Below are positions 24,625 through 36,607 of a DNA stretch of 57,336 bases, piece after piece. Source of the stretch: Octopus sinensis (Eukaryota); contig NW_021833615.1 of the NCBI RefSeq assembly GCF_006345805.1, positions 1-57,336 of the forward strand, read 5' to 3'. The translations under genes were made by a program, and so were the position numbers. A model generated the notes under the pieces. The model ran no database searches. It was not told the origin of the DNA and was given only the letters and a program-made list of their open reading frames with translations. Within the stretch, counting starts at the first letter, position 1. Each line of letters opens with the position of its first letter.

Positions 24625-25310
24625 TGGCGGTGGTGGTAGTGGTGGTGGTAGTGGTGGTGGTGGTGGTGGTGGTGGTGGTGGTGGTGGTGGTGGTGGTGGT
24701 GGTGGTGGTGGTGGGTGGTGGTGGTGGTGGTGGTGTGGTGTGGTGGTGGTGGTTGTGGTGGTGGTGGTGGTGGTGGTGGTTGGTGGTGGTGGTGGTGGTG
24801 GTGTGGTGGTAGTGGTGGTGGGGTGGTGGTGGTGGTGGTGGTGTGGTGGTGGTGGTGTAGTGGTGGTGGTGGTGGTGGTGGTGGTGGTGGTTGGTGGTGG
24901 TGGTGTGGTGGTGGTAGTGGTGGTGGTGGTGTGTGGTGGTGGTAGTGGTGTGGTGGTGGTGGTTGTGGTGGTGGTGGTGGTGGTGGTGGTGGTGGTGGTG
25001 GTGGTGGTGGTGGTGGTGGTGGTGGTGGTAGTAGTGGTGGTGGTGGTGGTGTGGGGTGGTGGTGGTGGTGGTGGTAGTGGTGTGGTGGTGGTGGTGTGTG
25101 GTGGTGGTGGTGGTGTGGTGGTGGTAGTGGTGGTGGTGGTGTGTGGTGGTGGTGGTGGTGGTGGTGGTGGTGGTGGTGTGGTGGTGTGGTGGTGGTGTGG
25201 TGGTGGTAGTGGTGGTGGTGGTGGTGTGGTGGTGGTGGTGGTGGTGGTGGTAGTGTGGTGGTGGTGGTGGTGGTGGTTGGTGGTGGTGGTGGTGATGGTA
25301 TTGATGACAA
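24625..25310. repeat. (GGT)n array, about 690 bp
   Basis: Direct reading; scattered 1-2 nt indels. Confidence 0.95.
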
Positions 25311-25449
25311 GGGTAGAGATGATTCTGGGGGGGTGGACACAGGTAATAGTGGTTACTGATGATGGTGGAGACAGGGATGACGATGGTAGAGGTGATGGTG
25401 GTGATGATGAGGGCAATGATGATAACGATGATGTCAGTGTGGGGAGGCG

Positions 25450-25839
25450 ATGATCATGGCGGCGGCGGCGGTGGTGATGGTGGTGGTGATGGTGGTGGTG
25501 AGGAGGAGGAGGAGGAGGAGGATTAACAAATGGAAGAGATGATGGTGATGATGAAGACAGTGGTGGAGGGGAGTTGCGACAACGATGGTAGTGGTGGTGG
25601 TGGTGGCGGCGGCGGTGGTGGTGGTGGTAGTGAGGAGGAGGAGGAGGAGGATTAACAAATGGAAGAGATGATGGTGATGATGAAGACAGTGATGGTGGGG
25701 AGTTGCGACAACGATGGTGGTGGTGGCGATGGCAATGGTGATGGCGGCGGTGATGGCAGTGATGGTGGTGGTGGTGATGGTGGTGGTGGTGGTGATGGTG
25801 GTGGTGGCGGTGGTGGTGGTTGTGGTGGTGGTAGCGGTG

Positions 25840-25870
<31 letters not shown>

Positions 25871-25900
25871 TGTTAATGACAGCAAATACAGAAACGACGA
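25450..25900. repeat. G-rich low-complexity segment with a ~132-bp tandem duplication
   Basis: GAGGATTAACAAATGGAAGAGATG...GAGTTGCGACAACGATGG occurs twice, near 25517 and 25648. Confidence 0.85.
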
Positions 25901-26033
25901 TAGGGGGAGACAATGATGATGAAGCCGATAATGATAATGGCAATGTCACCATTAGCAAATGAAATTTTATAGAGTAAAAGGAAAGCGATTGACAGAGGAA
26001 AGAAGAAAAAAACATACTTGTTTATGAGGCTTT

Positions 26034-26076
<43 letters not shown>

Positions 26077-26206
26077 GTGTAATGTATAGATACAAGTATA
26101 CAATGTATGTATACATGTAACACATGCAAGACAGGCAATAGTTATATAGATATATATATTGGCACATTAGGATAGCATTTGATGAACTTAAAAGACATAT
26201 CTCTCT

Positions 26207-26770
26207 TTTACTCTTTTACTTGTTTCAGTCATTTGACTGCAGCCATGCTGGAGCACCACCGCCTTTAGTCGAGCAAATCGACCCCGGGACTTATTCTTTT
26301 GTAAACCCAGTACTTATCCTATCGGTCTCTTTTGCCGAACCGCTAAGTGACGGCGACGTAAACACACCAGCATCCGCTGTCAAGCGATGTTGGGGGGACA
26401 AACACAGACACACAAACACATATATATATATATGGAGTGGTTGGCGTTAGGAAGGGCATCCAGCCATAGAAACATTGCCAGACCAAACTGGGCCTGGTGC
26501 AGCCTTCTGGCTTCCCAGACCCCAGTTGAACCGTCCAACCCATGCTAGCATGGAAAGCGGACGCTAAAAGATGATGATGATGATGATGGTGATATATATA
26601 TATATACGACAGGCTTCTTTCAGTTTCTGTCTACCAAATCCACTCACAAGGCTTTGGTCGCCCCAAGGCTATAGTAGAAGACACTTGCCCAAGATGCCAC
26701 GCAGTGGGACTGAACCCGGAACTATGTGGTTGGTAAGCAAGCTACTTACCACACAGCCACTCCTGCGCCT
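26207..26770 (-). mobile_element. SINE-A with a nested + strand SINE-B 3' end (about 26435-26590)
   Basis: Tail at left, head at right; SINE-B inserted in the central TA run. Confidence 0.85.
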
Positions 26771-26804
26771 ATGAAGTATTACATTAAGATAATGTTTGAA
26801 ACAT

Positions 26805-27170
26805 AACAAGAGCACTCAGAGAGTGAAAACCTCTGCCAAGACAACACCAATGTCCTCTCAACGATTAGCCAGAGATGATTTTTAAAATGAGAATATCTGA
26901 AATAAACTCAGCTACTCTCACAAACAAGAATACTAAAAATGAACCTGACCGCTCTCAAAAATTAAGTTAAAAAACTGGAAAAATAATCCAGAATCTTTGT
27001 CTGGTACTGGATCAATCCCAAAATCTAATCGGTTTGTGCCAACCATAAGGTCAAACATCCCTGAAAGTTTCGTCCAAATCCATTCAGCGTTTCTTGAGAT
27101 ATTTTGTCTACGGACAAACAAACAAATGCGACTGAAAACAATACCTCTGCCTTTGCTAAGGTGGAGGCAA
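26805..27170. mobile_element. Helentron-associated (HINE/DINE-like) non-autonomous element
   Basis: ACCTCTGCC near both ends; terminal hairpin CCTCTGCCTT-TGCT-AAGGTGGAGG; short AAAC microsatellite near the hairpin end. Confidence 0.6.
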
Positions 27171-27390
27171 CAGAAGACAAGCATATAATGGTGTATTAAG
27201 ACGGTGAACAAGGATCCATCACAATGGACTATCAGAACACCTGAAGTGGCATCTCCAATGCTTGGCGGAGCCAGTCACAAGAAGATAATGATTGCTGAAG
27301 AGGATGGCTATGATGGTACTGGTGATGATGATGAGGATGATGATGATGATGATGATGATTGTGGTGGTGATGATTAGGACTTTGGTGGTG

Positions 27391-27423
<33 letters not shown>

Positions 27424-27431
27424 ATAGTAGT

Positions 27432-27486
<55 letters not shown>

Positions 27487-27812
27487 ATTAAGATGTGAAG
27501 TCTTAATTTTAATAACAAGTATTTACCTTGCCTTCAAAAAAAAAAAAATACTGTAAATTCTATTTTTTTTTTTCATTTTTATTTTTTTTTTTTTTGGCGA
27601 GTGGATGGGATGGGAAGGGAGGCGACTGATTCAATCAATGTATTTTTGATAATTATTCCACTCTTCATGATATCGCCTGCTTCATGCATGAATAAGCATT
27701 GCAGAGCAGCAACGGAGACTCACTGTACTAGACATGACTAATCACTAACACATCAGCTGAGAACTAATCTGTCTTGGGAAAAAATTTTGATATATTGGTG
27801 GCAGGTAGGGGA

Positions 27813-28205
27813 GTGCTGCTTAACCTCAGATCGACCCTGATGCAGTAGGCACATGATCAAAGACGTTCCAGCTATGACCATCATGTCTTTGCTTTACATA
27901 AATAATCACTGTGCTGCTTAAACTCAGATCGACCCTGATGCAGTAGGCACATGATCAAAGACGTTCCAGCTATGACCATCATGTCTTTGCTTTACATAAA
28001 TAATCACTGTGCTGCTTAATCTCAGATCGACCCTGATGCAGTAGGCACATGATCAAAGACGTTCCAGCTATGACCATCATGTCTTTGCTTTACATAAATA
28101 ATCACTGTGCTGCTTAATCTCAGATCGACCCTGATGCAGTGGGCACATGATCAAAGACGTTCCAGCTATGACCATCATGTCTTTGCTTTACATAAATAAT
28201 CACTG
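27813..28205 (+). repeat. 4 x 98-bp near-identical tandem repeat
   Basis: Units start at 27813, 27911, 28009 and 28107; contains the dispersed motif TTCCAGCTATGACCATC. Confidence 0.95.
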
Positions 28206-28214
28206 CATCATTGT

Positions 28215-28485
28215 ATTATCACTGGTCACAATGCGCTTCCTCGCACTATTGTAGCTTTTGAATGATGCCACCATGCTGGTCAGACAGGCAGGCAGGCAGG
28301 CAGGCCAACATCCCCTCTGAATAGAATGCCAGTCTGTAACTGGGTTACCCATTTACAGCTAAGTAGACTGGAGCAATGTGAAATGAAGTGTTTTTATCAA
28401 AAACATAATACATCATCAGTCTGGAAATTGAAACACCAATTTGGCTATCATGAACGCAACACCCGAACCACTTGGCCATGAAACA
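28215..28485 (-). mobile_element. Old SINE-D-type copy
   Basis: CTGGTCACAATGCGCTTC block shared with 44220; conserved central block GACTGGAGCAATGTGAAATGAAGTG also at 42895-42925. Confidence 0.6.
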
Positions 28486-28511
28486 CCTTAGCCACTTGTC
28501 CTTAACATAAA

Positions 28512-29265
28512 CTAGCAGTATCACCAGGCGTTGCTCGGGTTTGTTTTGACCCTTTACAACTGGAATTTTTGAAGAGTAAAAATTTTGCATTATGTAGCTT
28601 GTTATTCTCTTTAAGTGAACATTTTTCTGGTTGAAATACACGGAAAAATGGTGACACAGCAGTCAAAAAATTGTAAAAAATAGGGATTTTCATAGACAAA
28701 AAAGCACCTTTTTGATGTTAACATGGTCCCATTTGAATTTTTTCTTCTATGGAAGGAAGAGCAAGCCTTCTTCTATCATACTCTCAATTTTGGTCAACTT
28801 GCGCCGCAGGGTCTCGGAGGAGATAGTGTTAGTTGAAAGCTACCAAACCTGCCATACACTTTATATATCTAGACTAGCAGTATCACCCGGCGTTGCTCGG
28901 GTTTGTTTCAACCCTTTAGAATTGGAATTTTTGAAAAGTAAAAAATTTGCATTATGTAGCTTGTTATTCTCTTTAAGTGAACATTTTTCTGGTTGAAATA
29001 CACCGAAAAATGGCGACACAGCAGTAAAAAAATCGTTAAAAAATAGGGATTTTCATAGAAAAAAAAGCACCTTTTTGATGTAAATAATTTTTGGTGTATA
29101 CATGGTCCGATTTGAATTTTATCTTCTACGGAAGGAAGAGCAAGCCTTCTTCTATCATACTCTCAATTTTGGTCAACTTGCGCTGCAGGGTCTCGGAGGA
29201 GATAGTGTTAGTTGAAGGCTACCAAACCTGCCATACACAGACAACTTCAGCTTTATATATATAGA
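28512..29265 (-). mobile_element. Head-to-tail dimer of the non-autonomous Helitron
   Basis: Units 28512-28873 and 28874-29265; minus-strand junction CTAG|TC; homologous to 7556-7940. Confidence 0.88.
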
Positions 29266-29938
29266 CAACAGGATTACATTATCAATGTATCCTTCCTTAT
29301 TATTGAGCAGATCTTTCCTCTAAAGGTGATCCAGCTGTGATCACCCTATCTTTTACTTCCACAGTGTATCTAGGAATACATTATTTAACACATATTTCCT
29401 TGCTAGTACTGTTTAGCCTGGATTAGACCTAACTGAGCAGATTTATGAACACATTGTATTGAGTACTACATTATCTGATGTGTCCTACTTTTGTTGTTGC
29501 TGAGCTCCAGGTCAGTTCCGAGCCAATAGGCAGATGATTGAAAGTGCTCCAGCTGTGACTATCCTTATATTTAGTATGACACAGATGTTATACCAAATAT
29601 ATAGTAAACTAGCATATATATACCATATCCATGAACTATCAGTATATAATACATAGTATAACATGTATAGATACATATATAAATGTAGTACATATTTGGC
29701 TGCTATTTCTACCATAATGAGGGACCCTGGTGATGGTGCCATGTAAAAAGTATTGGTGCTGGTGCTATGTAAAAAGCACCAATGACAGTACCATGTCAAA
29801 AGCGCTGGTGCTGGTGCCACTTAAAATCACTAGTATTGGTGCTATATAAAGAGTATTGGGGCTGGTGCTATGGCAGAAGACAACTTGCTCAAAGTGCCTC
29901 TTTCATGGACTTACACTACAAAATAAACATTAAGTTAA

Positions 29939-30159
29939 CCCTTTCGTTACCGTATTTATTTTGAGATGTTCTGTATTTCTTTCAATTACTTTAAATATGA
30001 CAAAGAATTTAGTAAAATAACTTAGTTATCATTCAGCTGGTGTTAGGAACATAAATTGTGACTAAGGTTTGGTGGTATATTTTGATGCAAAACTTATGAA
30101 AACAAGACATTTGTACTACAGAGCCAGAGGTGGTTTCAACCGGATTGGTATCAAAAGGG
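29939..30159 (+). mobile_element. piggyBac-type MITE
   Basis: TTAA|CCCTTTCGTTACC ... GGTATCAAAAGGG|TTAA. Confidence 0.8.
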
Positions 30160-30190
30160 TTAAGAATTGTTTCTCTATTATATATTTTAA

Positions 30191-30411
30191 CCCTCTTGTT
30201 ACTATATTTCTGTTGAGATGCTCTGTGTTTCTTTCAATTAATTTTAAATATAACAAAGAATTTAGTAAAATAACTTAGTTATCATTAAGCTGGTGTTAGG
30301 AACCTAAATTGTGACTAAGGTTTGGTGGAAGATTTTAATTCAGAACGTATGAAAAAGAGACTGTTGTACTCAGAGTCCGAGCCGGTTTCAGCCGGGTTGG
30401 TAATGAAAGGG
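30191..30411 (+). mobile_element. piggyBac-type MITE, second diverged copy
   Basis: TTAA|CCCTCTTGTTAC ... GGTAATGAAAGGG|TTAA; also 221 bp. Confidence 0.8.
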
Positions 30412-30465
30412 TTAAGTCAGGCAAAGAATAAGGGGCTAGTTAGTGCTTATACAGTCCTGAGATAC

Positions 30466-30714
30466 TTAGACTTCTCCACTTTTCTCCTCTAGCATGCAGA
30501 ACGCACCGGAATGAGTTTTTTTGAGATGGTCAGTTTTCTCAGCTTTTGCAACACTAATTGTCACGCCTGTCTTGCAACATTTGGCAGTGAACCCGTTCAG
30601 TGCATGCTGGAGATCACTTTCTGATGAGCCAGGTAGCACCATGTTACCTGCAAACATCAGCTGACCAATCCTACACCTTTGGATTGTCATACTACTTTCA
30701 CAATAGCTGTGCAT
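30466..30714 (-). pseudogene. Degraded LINE RT fragment, RTE-like
   Basis: LMFAGNMVL...SESDLQHALNGF resembles the LFADD...S..DLQ..L RT segment. Confidence 0.65.
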
Positions 30715-30717
30715 GTC

Positions 30718-30975
30718 AATCCATCATCATCATCATCATCATCGTTTAACGTCCGCTTTCCATGCAAGCATGGGTTGGACGGTTCAACTGGGGTCTGGGA
30801 AGCCCGAAGGCTGCACTAGGCCAGTCAGATCTGGCAGTGTTTCTACAGCTGGATGCCCTTCCTAACGCCAACCACTCTGTGAGTGTAGTGGGTGCTTTTT
30901 TATGTGCCACCGACACAGGTGCCAGATGAGGCTGGCGAACGGCCACGTTCGGATGGTGTTTTTTATGTGCCACCA
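30718..30975 (-). mobile_element. SINE-B 3' part
   Basis: CATCATCATCGTTTAACGTCCGCTTTCCATG terminus. Confidence 0.85.
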
Positions 30976-31265
30976 GTTCATTAAAAAAAAATTGTAAGAA
31001 GGAGAGGTGACAATACACACCTCTGGCAAAATCCAACACAGAATGTGTAGCTTGGAGATCAGGTGGGGTCTCTCCTGGTTGAGCAGCTAATTTGCATTGA
31101 GAAGTCTCACAGCCCCAGTACTGTAGGCATGTGGTTAGAATGTCACAGGAGAGAATTGCAGGGTGGATTCTTTGGGGGTGAGTCAAATGACAGAAGAGAC
31201 CTTAGGGGTAGATTAAGAATGAGAGGGTTGAAAATTATCCATGGTCTGAGTTGGTCCCACTTGGA

Positions 31266-33260
31266 AATACTACCAGAAAGTCCTAATTTAGACTGTTGCT
31301 TCTGATAGGACCTTACAAAAGAGGGGCCTGGGAACACTACCCACCATGATCCTCCCGGGAATTGGGTGCAGAGAAGACGAATAGATGGATGGTGCTCTTA
31401 CGTGATTTTTGGACTTTGGCAAAAAAACACTAAACTTCAAATATCTTTTAGTGGTGAGGTGAGGAATACTACCAGAAAGTCCTAATTTAAGACTGTTGCT
31501 TCTGATAGGACCTTACAAAAGAGGGGCCTGGGAACACTACCCACCATGTTCCTTCTGGGAATTGGGTGCAGAGAAGATGAATGGATGGATGGATGTTGCT
31601 CTACTTACGTGATTTTTGGACTTTGGCAAAAAAACAGTAAACTTCAAATATCGTCTAGTGGTGAGGTGAGGAATACTACCAGAAAGTCCTAATTTAGACT
31701 GTTGCTTCTGATAGGACCTTACAAAAGAGGGGCCTGGGAACACTACCCACCATGGTCCTCCCGGGAATTGGGTGCAGAGAAGATGAATGAATGGATGGTG
31801 CTCTTACGTGATTTTTGGACTTTGGAAAAAAACCAATAAACTTCAAATATCTTTTAGTGGTGATGTGAGGAATACTACCAGAAAGTCCTAATTTAGACTG
31901 TTGCTTCTGATAGGACCTTACAAAAGAGGGGCCTGGGAACACAACCCACCATGGTCCTCCTGGGAATTGGGTGCAGAGAAGATGAATGAATGGATGGTGC
32001 TCTTACGTGATTTTTGGACTTTGGAAAAAAAACACTAAACTTCAAATATCTTTTAGTGGTGATGTGAGGAATACTACCAGAAAGTCCTAATTTAGACTGT
32101 TGCTTCTGATAGGACCTTACAAAAGAGGGGCCTGGGAACACACCACCATGGTCCTCCGGGAATTGGGTGCAGAGAAGATGAATGAATGGATGGTGCTCTT
32201 ACGTGATTTTTGGACTTTGGAAAAAAAACACTAAACTTCAAATATCTTCTAGTGGTGAGGTGAGGAATACTACCAGAAAGTCCTAATTTAGACTGTTGCT
32301 TCTGATAGGACCTTACAAAAGAGGGGCCTGGGAACACTACCCATCATGATCTTCCCGGGAATTGGGTGCAGAGAAGATGAATGGATGGATGGTGCTCTTA
32401 CGTGATTTTTGGACTTTGGAAAAAAAACACTAAACTTCAAATATCTTTTAGTGGTGAGGTGAGGAATACTACCAGAAAGTCCTAATTTAGACTGTTGCTT
32501 CTGATAGGACCTTACAAAAGAGGGGCCTGGGAACACAACCCACCATGATCCTCCGGGAATTGGGTGCAGAGAAGATGAATGAATGGATGGTGCTCTTACG
32601 TGATTTTTGGACTTTGGAAAAAAAACACTAAACTTCAAATATCTTTTAGTGGTGATGTGAGGAATACTACCAGAAAGTCCTAATTTAGACTGTTGCTTCT
32701 GATAGGACCTTACAAAAGAGGGGCCTGGGAACACTACCCATCATGATCTTCCCGGGAATTGGGTGCAGAGAAGATGAATGGATGGATGGTGCTCTTTTGT
32801 GATTTTTGGACTTTGGAAAAAAAACACTAAACTTCAAATATCTTTTAGTGGTGAGGTGAGGAATACTACCAGAAAGTCCTAATTTAGACTGTTGCTTCTG
32901 ATAGGACCTTACAAAAGAGGGGCCTGGGAACACAACCCACCATGATCCTCCCGGGAATTGGGTGCAGAGAAGATGAATGAATGGATGGTGCTCTTACGTG
33001 ATTTTTGGACTTTGGAAAAAAACCACTAAACTTCAAATATCTTTTAGTGGTGATGTGAGGAATACTACCAGAAAGTCCTAATTTAGACTGTTGCTTCTGA
33101 TAGGACCTTACAAAAGAGGGGCCTGGGAACACTACCCACCATGATCCTCCTGGGAATTGGGTGCAGAGAAGATGAATGGATGGATGTTGCTCTTCTTATG
33201 TGATTTTTGGACTTTGGAAAAAAAACATTAAACTTCAAATATCTTTTAGCGGTGAGGTGA
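31266..33260. repeat. Ten-copy ~199-bp tandem array of non-SINE sequence
   Basis: GGAATACTACCAGAAAGTCC... recurs about every 199 bp (range about 196-206). Confidence 0.95.
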
Positions 33261-33559
33261 GTACTTGTTATGACTGCGTTAACTTTGCACCAACTGAAAT
33301 ACTGCCAACCCTACCTTACATCCGCCCCCGCCCCCCCCCCAGCCCTGCCCTCCTCCTCCTCCTCCTATCCTCCTTTCCCCTCCCCCTCTCATCCACCCTC
33401 TCCCATCCATCTTCTTCTTCTTATCTCTCTCTCCCACTCTTATATTATTTTTATACCTGCAATGGAAATCTTTGCCGTTATTGATTTTCATGTCTTTGAA
33501 TGCAATCATCTATCATGTGAATTGAATTACTATCTTCTTCAGAAATATGTAATCCTAGA

Positions 33560-33598
33560 AAAACACACACACACACACACGCGCACACACACACACAC

Positions 33599-33645
<47 letters not shown>

Positions 33646-33790
33646 ACGCATATGCACATGCACACACACGCACGCGCACACACAAACACACACACACACA
33701 AACACACGCACGCACGCACACGCACACACATGCACTCACATACACACACACACACACACATGTACACACACTCACCCACACAACAACAAA
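33560..33790. repeat. (CA)n/(CG)n microsatellite
   Basis: Direct reading. Confidence 0.9.
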
Positions 33791-34232
33791 CATCTACCGT
33801 TTCGTGAAGCACCACTCTAAGAATCAAGAGGATTTTAAAGTGCGTTCCTGTTGTAGTGGTGGTGGTTGTTGTTGTTGTTGTTGCTGGTATTTTCTTTGTT
33901 ACCAAACTACTGAAGGCTATAAAAGTACGCCTGAAAATGCATCTCTCTGCGTACTAGCTCGACCTGTTGTAAACAGCAGCCAAATCTTCTTAACTCACAC
34001 CATATTGTCTTATGAATCTCTGTCTGTCTGTCTGTCTCTATCTATCTATCTATCTCCCTATCTGTCTTTCTATCTATCTACCTATCTATCTATCTATGAT
34101 CCCTTTTTTTTTCTATTTTTTTCTTTTCCCTTTTTTTTTCTTCTTTCCCTTTTACGATCCCTTTTGATCAAAAACCTACCCCACCTTTTTGGATGAAGTA
34201 CTGCTAAGCATTCTGCCAGGTCTTCTTCTTCT

Positions 34233-34623
34233 TTTACTCTTTTACTTGTTTCAGTCATTTGACTGCGGCCATGCTGGAGCACCGCCTGTTAATCAAGCAA
34301 CTCGACCCTGGGACTTACTCTTTGTAAACCCAGTACTTATTCTATCGGTCTCTCTTTTGCCGAACCGCTCAGTGACGGGGACGTAAACACACCAGCATCG
34401 GTTGTCAAGCAATGCTAGGAGGACAAACACAGACACACAAACACACACACATACATATATATGACAGGCTTCTTTCAGTTTCCATCTACCAAATCCACTC
34501 ACAAGGCATTGGTTGGCCCAAAGCTATAGCAGAAGACACTTGCCCAAGGTGCCACGCAGTGGGACTGAACCCAGAACCATGTGGTTGGTTAGCAAGCTAC
34601 TTACCACACAGCCACTCCTGCGC
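34233..34623 (-). mobile_element. SINE-A, full length
   Basis: Reverse-complement head and tail. Confidence 0.88.
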
Positions 34624-34820
34624 CTATCTATCTATCTATGATCCTTTTTCTTCTTTTTATTTCTTTTCCCTTTTTTTTTTCTTCTTTCCCTTTTACAATC
34701 CCTTTTGATTGAAAACCTACCCCACTTTTTTTTTTCTCTCCCCAAAAAAGAAAAGCTCTACTTTGTAATCTGTCCCGTCTGCGTGCAGCCCTGTGTGGCT
34801 AATAAAGAGACATATCTATA

Positions 34821-34851
<31 letters not shown>

Positions 34852-34892
34852 GTCTATCTGTCTATCTATCTGCCTATCTATCTATCTGTCTG

Positions 34893-35023
34893 TTCCAGGT
34901 TCAGTCCCACTGCGTGGCATCTTGGGCAAGTGTTTTCTGCTATAGCCTTGGGCCGACCAGAGCCTTATGAGTGGATTTGGTAGATGGAAACTGAAAGAAG
35001 CCTATCGTATGTATGTATGTATG

Positions 35024-35072
<49 letters not shown>

Positions 35073-35274
35073 TTGTGTGTCTGTGTTTGTCCCTCTCGCA
35101 TCGCTTGACAACTGATGCTGGTGTGTTTACGTCCCCGTAACTTAGCGGTTCGGCAAAAGAGACCGATAGAAAAAGTACTGGGCTTACAAAGAATAAGTCC
35201 CGGGGTCAATTTGCTCGACTAAAGGCGGTGCTCCAGCATGGCCACATTCAAATGACTGAAACAAGTAAAAGAGT
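34893..35274 (+). mobile_element. SINE-A, slightly 5'-truncated
   Basis: Family core and tail. Confidence 0.88.
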
Positions 35275-35319
<45 letters not shown>

Positions 35320-35772
35320 TATTGTGCCCCACTCCTAAATACTGGCTTCATAAAATGAGATGTCAACCCGTTGAGCTCTGAACCAGTAGAATTTGGGATG
35401 AAACATATTCCAGCTATGACCATCCCATCTGACTTAATGCGCACTTTTTTGTGTGTGCTTCTTTTTTTTTTTTTTTTTTGTTCTGTTTGTTTATTAATGA
35501 TTTGGTCTGGAGAAAGGAGGAGGAGGAGGAGGGGGGGGACTGCACCCATGACCTTTGGCCTTTGCAGACCATGTCTGGATGAAAATGAAATCCAGACAGA
35601 AAAAAAAAAAACTACTTCATTATAATACAAGACTTAAAGAGATAAAAGGAAAAAAAAAACAGCTCCCAGTGTTGTTAGAAAAACTTCAAAAAATTTCTGT
35701 GGAATTTCAAAGATCATCAACAAATTCACAAAACATACTAATACGTAGAGAAACTACAATTTTATTGTATTT

Positions 35773-36182
35773 TCATCATCATCATCATCAACATCATCAT
35801 CATCGTTTAGCGTCCGTTTTCCATGCTAGCATGGGTTGGACGGTTCTACTGGGGTCTGTGAAGCCAGAAGGCTTCATCAGGCCCAGTCAAATCTGGCAGT
35901 GTTTCTACGGCTGGATGCCCTTCCTAACGCCAACCAATCCGAGAGTGTAGTGGGTGCTTTTTACGTGCCACCCGCACAGGTGCCAGACAGAGCTGGCAAA
36001 CGGCCATGAACGGATGGTGCTTTTTGAGGGCCAGGCGAGGCTGACAACGGACACGAAACGGGGCGGTGCTGGCAACGGTCGCGAAACGGAAGGTTCTCTT
36101 ACATGCCACCGGCACAGGTAACACATCTGCAATTTCCATTGATCGATTTCGATTCTGATCCTCACTTGCCTCAACGGGTCTT
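35773..36182 (-). mobile_element. SINE-B with internal minisatellite
   Basis: Family terminus and GGATGGTGCTTTT units. Confidence 0.8.
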
Positions 36183-36304
36183 CACATTTCGTTTTAATTC
36201 ATTTCCCACCGGGAAAAATTAATAAAACATTGTGCTTGCTTATGGGTGTATGTGAGTGTGTATAAACTTGTTTCTACATATGTACATTTATTATAACAAG
36301 TCTA

Positions 36305-36607
36305 ACAAAAAGTGTGACATTGACTTCACCAACTGGGAGGAAACGGCAAAAGACCAGACCACTCTGGAAAACCACCATCCATGAGGGAACGGCGAATTTC
36401 GAGTCGAAAAGGTCTGCGGAGCTGGAGGAGAAAAGACGACGACGGAAGGAGCGCCAACAACAACCACGTGTGACTCTCTCTTCCGGCACTAGATGTCCGC
36501 ACTGTGACCGATCTTTTCGAGCAAGAATTGGTCTTATCAGTCACCTGCGGACTCACCAATAAATTTGCGCGAAGACCATCATTCTCGACCTTGAGGGATT
36601 GCCATAG
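36305..36607 (+). mobile_element. 5'-truncated RTE-clade LINE 3' end with C2H2 zinc finger
   Basis: LWKTTIHEG...CPHCDRSFRARIGLISHLRTHQ*; 21-bp TSD ACATTTATTATAACAAGTCTA at 36284-36304 and 36608-36628. Confidence 0.9.

Noticed and set aside
20598-25962. Long His/Pro/Thr/Val/Met/Asp-rich ORFs
   Set aside because: Translations of triplet repeats, open in several frames and on both strands; no domain or splice evidence
31266-31330. Type II hammerhead in the 199-bp unit (GAAA...AGTC/GACT...CTGATAG)
   Set aside because: Core is CTGATAG rather than CTGANGA, the cleavage triplet would end in G, and no stem I or II forms
31266-33260. CRISPR-like or C/D snoRNA array
   Set aside because: No unique spacers, eukaryotic context; the C-box-like GTGATGT is present in only some units
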